A program made the position numbers and the translations under genes. Below, one piece after another: positions 56,505 through 64,000 of a stretch of 64,000 nt of DNA. Within the stretch, counting starts at the first letter, position 1. Every line of letters begins with the position of its first letter. The notes beneath the pieces were generated by a model that ran no database searches, was not told the origin of the DNA, and was given only the letters and a program-made list of their open reading frames with translations. Source of the DNA: the human T2T-CHM13v2.0 reference genome, Homo sapiens; the NCBI RefSeq assembly GCF_009914755.1, contig NC_060940.1. The stretch is one strand, 5' to 3'.

Positions 56505-57132
56505 TGTTAGTGCGGCAATTTCCTTACTCCCTAGTTCAGCCAGGTCTGAGTTCTTGTCCCACAACCAAGAAGAATAAGGCACGCAGACACTGGAGAGTGG
56601 GTAAGGCAGAATAGGATTTATTAAGTGACGGAAAAGCCCTCAACAGCAAGAGGGGACCTCAAAGTGGGTTGCCAGGAATGGAGCAAAGTTCTGGGTCTTT
56701 TATGTGGCAGAAACAAGGAAGTTTTCTTTGGATTCTCCCTTAATGAAAGGGGTAAAGTTCCCCCCTGGGAATGTTGCCACCTGCACATGGTTGGGGTTGG
56801 CCATAGTGACTCCATCTTGGTTATTACCCATGAATGCCTAAGCAAAACCCCCTGGGGGGTAGGCACTAAAACCACAATTTTAATGTTTGTTAATGATATT
56901 GTAATGAGCTGGGTTAAGTTAAGGACATTTACATTGATTTATTATGACTGGGCCTAAGTTGAGACATTCCCTTCTGAGCAAACATCCTGGCATAAGAGGA
57001 GATTCTTAACTACATTTCACCCCATGAGCTACCTAACAGGTGTGGTGTGGGTGTGGTCCCATGGGTGTTTTTCTTCTCCCAAGACTCTCCCTCTCTATCT
57101 TCCTACCCGTCCTCTAACTGCCTCCTCTTTCA
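56505..57132 (-). mobile_element. ERV1-class solo LTR (family uncertain)
   Basis: TG...CA termini. gagttcttgtcccacaaccaagaagaataaggcacgcagacactggagagt. AATAAA on the minus strand at about 56617-56622. Confidence 0.7.
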
Positions 57133-57329
57133 TTATAAGTTCCTTGATACCCAGAGGTAGCACAGGGCTAGGAATGGGTGCCCAATGACCAGTCATCAAT
57201 AAAAGCCCCCAGAAGCCTCAGCCAGGCGTCTGGAAACCTGGGTGTCTTTCTGAGGGAATCTCCCTTTTCAAGTATGATTTCACTCAACTGAGTTCCTTGG
57301 CTTCCATGTTACTCATTCATGCTTATTTG

Positions 57330-58070
57330 AACAACTCGACTTTAAAAAATTCTTTTAATTTCATAAAATGTTACTATATTATCCTCTGTGGAAAACAAAA
57401 CAAAACAAAACAGAATATTAGATAGTGCTAAAATTCCCACTGATCTCCTGTACTTAATTCCAGTTCCCACTCCATCCCCAAAGATGACTGCTGTTAACCA
57501 TTTATAGTATAATGTATCAGACCATCTCCTACATGCTTACAAATATATGGCTGCAGAAAATGCACAACACACAATATTATTATTGTGCATATTGTATATT
57601 ATTGTGCATATTGAGTGTGTGTACTTAAGAAAATTATAACATACTGGCCATGTAATTTGATAAATTGCTTTTTCCCCCCTTTCTCAATAATATGTCTTGG
57701 AAGTATTTACATGTTAATGCATTTTTCATGATTGCATAATATTCCATAGATGACTACACCAGAGTTTGTTTAGTCAGTCCACTAGTACTAAATTTGGTTC
57801 CCAGGCTTTTGCCATGATGAACGCACTGTAGTGAACTTCTCATTATACACCTTCTTTTGTACCTGGGTGAGTGTCCTTTGGTATATTCTGAGAATAATAA
57901 TTGCTGCATCACAGTAAATATGTGTCATAATTTTTAAAAGATAATGCCAAGGTGCTTCTCAAAGCAGTCAGTACAGTTTCTACTACTGCAATGTCCTCGC
58001 CAACTTTTGTTATCAACTACTTGATTTTTCTGTTCTGCAAGATTTATTCAGTCTGTGATACCACTGCAGT
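57330..58070 (-). mobile_element. Ancient L1ME-type fragments
   Basis: gattgcataatattccatag...caggcttttgccatgatgaacgcactgtagtgaac...ataatgccaaggtgcttctcaaagc. Confidence 0.55.
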
Positions 58071-58894
58071 TGATTTTGGGATTGTAATGAAATGAGATCA
58101 TATACCCTGGCACTCTACTTGCCTACTGCCCATTTTCCAAAACTCAGTTTCTCCATGTTGCCATAATGCCCATGTGTAACAACCCACCTTTCCATTCCAC
58201 CTTCATTCAGATACAGGCTTCCATCTTCTGACCAAAATGAACCTAGCATATTGATCATTTATTGAATTCATTTATTCATTTCACAAATATTACATGATTG
58301 ATAGATTCCCTTTTTTCCCTAGCACCCATTCAAAATGAAGTTATCATTCTGTCCTACCCATGGTCTCTTTTATTGCCAGATCCCAATTCCTAGTCACTTC
58401 CAAAGGAAATCCAGACAGTCTTTGCTTAATACTATGAAGGGGCTTAAACAGTATGTTCTGCCGCCAGCCACTCTTTCTGCTGTTCAAGAAACTCATTTCT
58501 TGTGCATCGATTTTGAAGGTGATGGTGTAGACAACCTGTCGAGAGAGTTTGCAACATCCAGATGTTTTCATCCTCTTCCAATTGCAGGAGGCTTTTGGAT
58601 TGTAAAATTACAGTGCAGATGTTGAGGGACATGGGATGAACACCCATCACATAGATTGGCCATATTGCAGTGTGTTAAGGTCATATTTCCTGGTGGATAA
58701 TAACAGATTGATAATGCATTCGCACCACACTGCTGCTTTGTGAGAGATCTGTCTTGGCAAAGTCTCAGAGAAATCAAGGGAGAGTTGAAAGGGCTGATGT
58801 AAGGAAGAGGGATTAGTTATGTTCTTGTGTGCTTTGGGCAACCAGAGTAATCCATTGTCTTCTCTGCTATCTAAGCTATCATCCCACAGCATTC

Positions 58895-59530
58895 TTTCAC
58901 TCCACAGATTTCACTGAGCATCAGCAATGTGCCAGGGAGTGTGCAAATGCTGTGGATACAAAGACAAGGGGGAAAAAAGACCCTGTGGCTGCTCTCAGGA
59001 AGCAGACAAGTTAGTGGCAGACATGGACACAAATCAAATTTTATGCACAAATGTGAAATTGCAACTGCAATAAGTGAAATGTAACAGAAGTGCATGGTGC
59101 TAAGAGCATAGGGAACGGGGGCAATTTACCTAACCAAACAGATCAGGAAAGGCTTCTGGGAGGAAGTTACAATGCAAGTGAGAGGTAAGTAGGCAAAGAG
59201 ATAGGGAAAAAAAACACTTCTAGCAGCAAGGAAGGCAGGTGCAAAAGTCTTGTGGCAAAAAAGTAGTGCACACTCAAGGAACTGAAGGGCAGTGTGATTG
59301 GGAGCAGCATGCAAGGGAAAGCATAACACCCAATGTCCCAATGTGGTTGGGGAGCTGAGCAGGGTCCAGACAGAAGGGCCTTGGATTATGTGAAGGGTTT
59401 GGGGTTTTGTCCTAAAAACAATGGAATACATTAGAAAGGTATTAAGCAAGTGTGTGTGTGTGGTGATGGGGAGTGGAGCTAGTGACTCCATTTATATTTT
59501 GAAAAGATGGCTCTGATCGCAATGTGGAAA
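58895..59530 (-). mobile_element. L2 3' fragment
   Basis: cactgagcatcagcaatgtgccaggg...gatcaggaaaggcttctgggaggaagttac...tttatattttgaaaagatggctctg. Confidence 0.75.
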
Positions 59531-59719
59531 ATCAAAGGCATTTCATTTCATGGTTCTCCATAAAATCATTTGAAGACTCTCCATTGCTGTCAGGATGAAA
59601 TTGAAAAACTTCAACATTGTTTTTAGGACATGACCCAATATGGCTAATGTTAACTTTAAATCCTCATCTCAGAAAATACTCCATTATCCATGTCACGCCC
59701 AGCAAGTCTAACAACTTGT

Positions 59720-60131
59720 TGTATTAGTCAGTGATTGCTGTGATAATGCTGTGTAACAACCCCCTCCGCAAAAACTCCAAATCTCAATGGCCCACAACAA
59801 GCATTCATTTTTCTCCTTCATGAGTCTGTGAGTTGGCTCAGGCAGTGCTGCCTCAGATTGTGGACTGCGTTCAGGTCTCATTTATTTGTTTCTTATTCTG
59901 CAATCCATGCGGTCACCCAGGTCATGCTTTATTTTTTTTTAATGCAAAATCACAAGTATAAGCAGCCAAGCCAAACCACAAACGCCCATTTATAGTCTCT
60001 GCTCATGTCATCTTTGTCAGCATTTCATTGGCTAAAGCAAGCCCAGTGTCAGTGCAGTGGGAAGTACAGCTTTTTTGGAACGAGAGAGGAAGGATGGAAG
60101 AATTTTGAATTAATAATGCAACCAATTGCAC
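59720..60131 (-). mobile_element. MLT1H/I-like solo LTR
   Basis: tgtattagtcag...aatgctgtgtaacaac...ccaaatctcaatggc...catttcattggctaaagcaag. Confidence 0.75.
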
Positions 60132-60149
60132 TTGCTCTTACTTACATCA

Positions 60150-60408
60150 TAGTATATGTGGGTGGTCAAGTGTAATGTTTAGGAGTGCAGGCTTCGAGGC
60201 AATGCTTTGTGGCTTTGAGTCCTGGCTTTAAAACTTTCCAGCTGTGCAAGTGTGGGCAAATAATTAATTTCCTGGTACATCAGTTTCATGGTCTATGCAA
60301 AAAAAAAGATAACACCAGTGCCTACCTCCATCGGGAGGATCAACTTGGTTAAGTGCTTCGAGAAGTGCCTGGAATATAAGTGCTTAATAAATATTAGGTA
60401 TTATTAAT
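60150..60408 (+). mobile_element. MIR SINE
   Basis: gagtgcaggcttcgagg...ccagctgtgcaagtgtgggcaaataatt...gtgcctggaatataagtgcttaataaatattaggtattatt. Confidence 0.7.
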
Positions 60409-60409
60409 A

Positions 60410-60783
60410 TATGTTCGTATCTTCTTATTTAAACCCAGACATATTTTGAAATTTAGAACTATTCTTACTTTAGAAAGGCAATGAGGTACGTACACCATAT
60501 AATACAGAACAGCTCCGACAGTCTCAAGGTCTCAGACCTAAGTATTTATCCTTCTTCAGCTTGAGACGGTGCAACAGCTACTGACCTGATTCTGAGGCAA
60601 CAGCCCATAACCAAACTCTTGTATATTCTGCCATGAAACGTGATCATTCAAAATGGGAAAATAGAATTTGTAGACATGTTTAAATCAGAGCAGCTCCAGT
60701 TTGGGACAAAAACTAGTTATATGCAATTTTTTTTTTCAGAGCATTTTGGATTTTAGGCTTCTGGATGAAGGTTGTTGGCTGGT
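60410..60783. mobile_element. MER46C-like Tigger relic carrying a ~65-bp foreign insert
   Basis: ccagacatattttgaaatttagaa...tttagaaaggcaatgaggtacgtacaccatat...[insert 60519-60583]...ctgaggcaacagcccataaccaaac...ttcagagcattttggatttt. Confidence 0.7.
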
Positions 60784-61434
60784 GTTAGCTTTGCAATGTG
60801 ATGGGGCCGTGCATCTTCCCCTGTGTGTGTTCTCCTCTTGAAATGCACTCGACCCCTCTTCATGTATAAATTCCAGTCATACATGGTCCCAGCATCACTG
60901 CTTTCTTTGACTATCTCTCATCCCCCAAGCTGGAAATAATTTCTCCTGTTGCTGCATTCTCACAATATTGCCCAGTCTGTACCCCTTTGTTCTAATCACT
61001 TGTATTGATTCTTGAGTTTAGGTATGGTGTAAAACTCCAGGCATTCCGTAAATGTTCTTTGATTCTGATGCTAAATGCCACTATCACCTAGTTTCTTTTC
61101 TTATGCCTAATGCTGATGGCTGCTGCAGTAGTCATCATCATGGTACCTACTGAGCACTTATAGTGACAAAACCACTCTACGGAGCACTTACACTCACCAC
61201 CTGACGTGACCTCCGTGGCACTGTGCAGCAATGCCGTTGTTAAGCATATTTTACAGATGAGGAGACTGAAGCAAAGCAAGACTTAATATCTTGCCAATTC
61301 ATAAATTCTGGGGTCTGAGGATGATAACATTGAACTAACAATCAGCCCAGAGACTTTGCAGATGATATTTATGACTCCCTCAGATGCAGAACAGCTGGGT
61401 CCCACTGCTTTTTGGAGCAAGTGTTATCTGGTAA

Positions 61435-61808
61435 TTTTTTTTTTTAAAGTATTTTTAGTTTTCGTGGGTACATAGTAGGTGTATGTATTTATGGGGTAAA
61501 AGAGATTTTTTGATATAGGCGTGCAATGTGTTTATTACACATCGTGGAGAATGGGGTATCCAACCCCTCAAGCATTTATCCTTTGAGTTACAAACTATCC
61601 AGTTACACTCTTTAAGTTATTTTAAAATGTACAATTCATTTATCATGACTATAGTCATCCTATGGTGCTCTCAAATACTAGGTCTTATTCATTCTTTCTA
61701 ACTATTTTTGGTACCCATTCACCGTCCCCACCTTACCTCCACAACAGCTCCACCACTGCCCTTCCCAGTCCCTGCTAACCATCCTTCTACTCTCTATGTT
61801 CATGATTT
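61435..61808 (-). mobile_element. L1MA (MA1/2-like) 3' end
   Basis: gtgggtacatagtaggtgtatgtatttatggggta...aatggggtatccaacccctcaagcatttatcctttgagttacaaac...aaccatccttctactctctatg. Confidence 0.9.
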
Positions 61809-61873
61809 CTAGTGATGTTTTTGATTGAACAAGTGAATGTTCTTTTCCACTGGGACCTTTCTTTTATGGCATC

Positions 61874-62330
61874 TGTGTGTCAGAGGAAACCAGAGCTGGA
61901 CAGAGGCTGAAGTGGTGAAGGTAGATTTGATTTGGGAACTACTGCAATAGGGGAAGAGAGACTTCAGTGTAGAATTAGGCTCTATTATGGCTACAGCATA
62001 GACAAGTGGAGATTTGTGGCCAAGGAGCAAGGTGAGGGGTCAGTGAATGAAAAATTACTAAGGAGAAATATCATGAATAAGGGGGATTCTGGCTAAATGG
62101 ACTCAGCAGGATTCTTGTCGAAGGTGGGACAGGGTGATTGGTTATCAAGGATGGGGAATAAGGAATTTGATCACATATCAAGGGTGGAGGATTTTCACTA
62201 AACTGACCAAGCAGGATTCTTGCTAAAACTAGACTAAATGGGTCAAGGACAGAGCCCCAAGGGAAGCCTACTAAAAAATGGGTCCCAGAGGATGCTGGCC
62301 GAAGTTTGTTCAAGGAGAGAATCTTGTCCC
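61874..62330 (-). mobile_element. MER31-like ERV1 solo LTR
   Basis: actactgcaataggggaagagagacttcagtgtagaa...gtggccaaggagcaagg...ctaaactgaccaagcaggattcttgctaaaact...caaggagagaatcttgtc. Confidence 0.75.
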
Positions 62331-62814
62331 TTGGGGAGGGTCATCAGGGTCTCCTTGAGCAGCCGCAGTGCGCCCAGTACCTCCTAGTGCACACCCCTTG
62401 CAGAAGGAATGTTCAGATTGAGAATTCCTCACAAATTCGCAAATTACCTGTGTCTTACCAGCTTGTGACATCTATTCCCTGACCTAAATTTTGGAGAATG
62501 ACAGCTTTGGCATCAGTGAGGGCGGTGGGCTGGAGGAAAAAAAATGGAGGCTCTCAAGGGATACAGACTCAATCAATGCCCAGTTAGATGACCCATCTGC
62601 TCACTGGCCTTGAGTGGTCCTTTGGCCTGGGTCTTCATCTGCCTTCTTTTCCATAGCTTACTCCCATCAACACACTCAGAGACATCACATCACTCCAATG
62701 TAAACTGTAAATGAACAGAGACTGGATCTTAGTCATTTTTGTGCTTTCCCTCCCCAGAATTCTTATAGGGTCTGGCTAATAGGGTATACTCAGGCAATGT
62801 TGATTATTTGTTTA

Positions 62815-62902
62815 AATGAATAATTCATTAATTGGGTGGATGGATAGATCTTTGGATGAATGGATGGTCGGATGGATGAATGAATAAATGAATGAATGAA
62901 TG
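62815..62902 (+). repeat. (TGAA/TGGA)n at an L2 3' end
   Basis: ggatggatgaatgaataaatgaatgaatgaatgg. Confidence 0.8.
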
Positions 62903-63689
62903 GTTAAGTGTCAGACTGCTTGTTTAATGCCATACAGATCCAACTATTTTTTGCCTGAAATGTTTATTTTCAACCAGTTCTGTTGAGTCATTTCAAACAC
63001 CTGAGACAGTAGCTGTTGCACCATCTCAAGCTGAAGAAGGATAAAGATCTAGGTTTGACACCTGGAGACTGCATTCCTGAGCCCAGGAGGTAAAAGAGCA
63101 TCGACTTTGGAGTCCCACAGACTTGCACAGCATGTTGCATTGATCAGCTGAGCTTGAGTTCCTTCATCTGCAAAGTAAATGCAATAAGCCCCACCTCCGG
63201 GGGTTGTCATGAGGATTAAGTCAAATAACATATGTGATGCCCCTTGACCAAGGCTCAGCATGGGATAGGCACTCCAGGACGCCAGCTTTGATCACTCTTC
63301 CTATTATTATTGAAAACATAGTCTGTGGATGAACTCCTCAGTCCACACCCCACTGGGCACTCCTTGTCCTAAACAGCATGTAGACTCCCAGCTGTTTTTG
63401 TAGGAAGCAGGGATTATATCCAGGTGCACCCCACTGGGTCTTGAAATTAATCCCTCCTTCTGTAAACACTGACCTCCACCTGCTGCTAGGTCATAGGCCT
63501 CCTAGCATCATTTGGTGCTGGGTGGAACTGGAAGCTGAGAGGGGATTTAGATCAGAGGCTGAAGTCAGCAGCAGGCATTCCTACATGAGGCCCCAAGCAA
63601 TGAATATGCAGCAGGCCAGCCTGCAGCCACTGCCAGTTTTTCCAGAGGGAAGCTGACCTTGGTTTGGTGTCTCTGCTCATCTTCTGCAG

Positions 63690-63870
63690 AATGCACAGTG
63701 CATAGAAACTGGAGTTAGGCAACCTTGGGTGTGAGTTCCTTCTACAATCGAGTTGATATTAGGCACATCACTTAACCTCTCTGAGTTTTGGTTTCCTTAC
63801 CTATGAAATGGAGATAATAATACATTCCTAAATGTGTCTTGATGAGGATACAAGATAATAAAACACTAAC
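63690..63870 (+). mobile_element. MIR SINE
   Basis: ttaggcacatcacttaacctctctgagttttggtttccttacctatgaaatggagataataatac...gatgaggatacaagataat. Confidence 0.8.
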
Positions 63871-64000
63871 ATATTATACTAATTGCAGGAACTGTCACCT
63901 GGTACTATACACCCAAATGGCAATTTAAAGAATGTCCAACCTACTTAGCAAAGCTCAGGCATCCTATCTGTATCCCACTTTCTACTCTCTATGTTGCAGA

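Overview
This window is primate (almost certainly human) non-coding DNA, either intergenic or deep intronic. I recognise no protein-coding gene, RNA gene, CRISPR array or CpG-island promoter. The supplied ORFs derive from Alu, L1, LTR and simple-repeat sequence or are chance ORFs. The window is dense in interspersed repeats: about 29 Alu copies or fragments, L1 3' ends, many L2 and MIR fragments, a CR1/L3 fossil, MaLR and ERV1 solo LTRs, and hAT/Tigger DNA-transposon relics. I cannot support a novel multi-gene system. The best signals not explained by repeats are: (1) three local duplications at about 90% identity (a ~340-bp inverted repeat at 43315-44556, a ~180-bp direct copy at 13039/15427, and a 65-bp inverted copy of 63007-63071 inserted into a MER46C at 60519); (2) a 4x50-bp tandem array inside an MLT1 LTR that multiplies octamer and CCAAT motifs; (3) an inverted pair of near-perfect MARE sites; (4) two Alus inserted successively at one target site; (5) a CpG-rich MER20 next to a 1-kb TG-rich tract; (6) weak candidate splice sites. 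Repeat families were assigned by eye from remembered consensus sequences, and boundaries of old elements are approximate.
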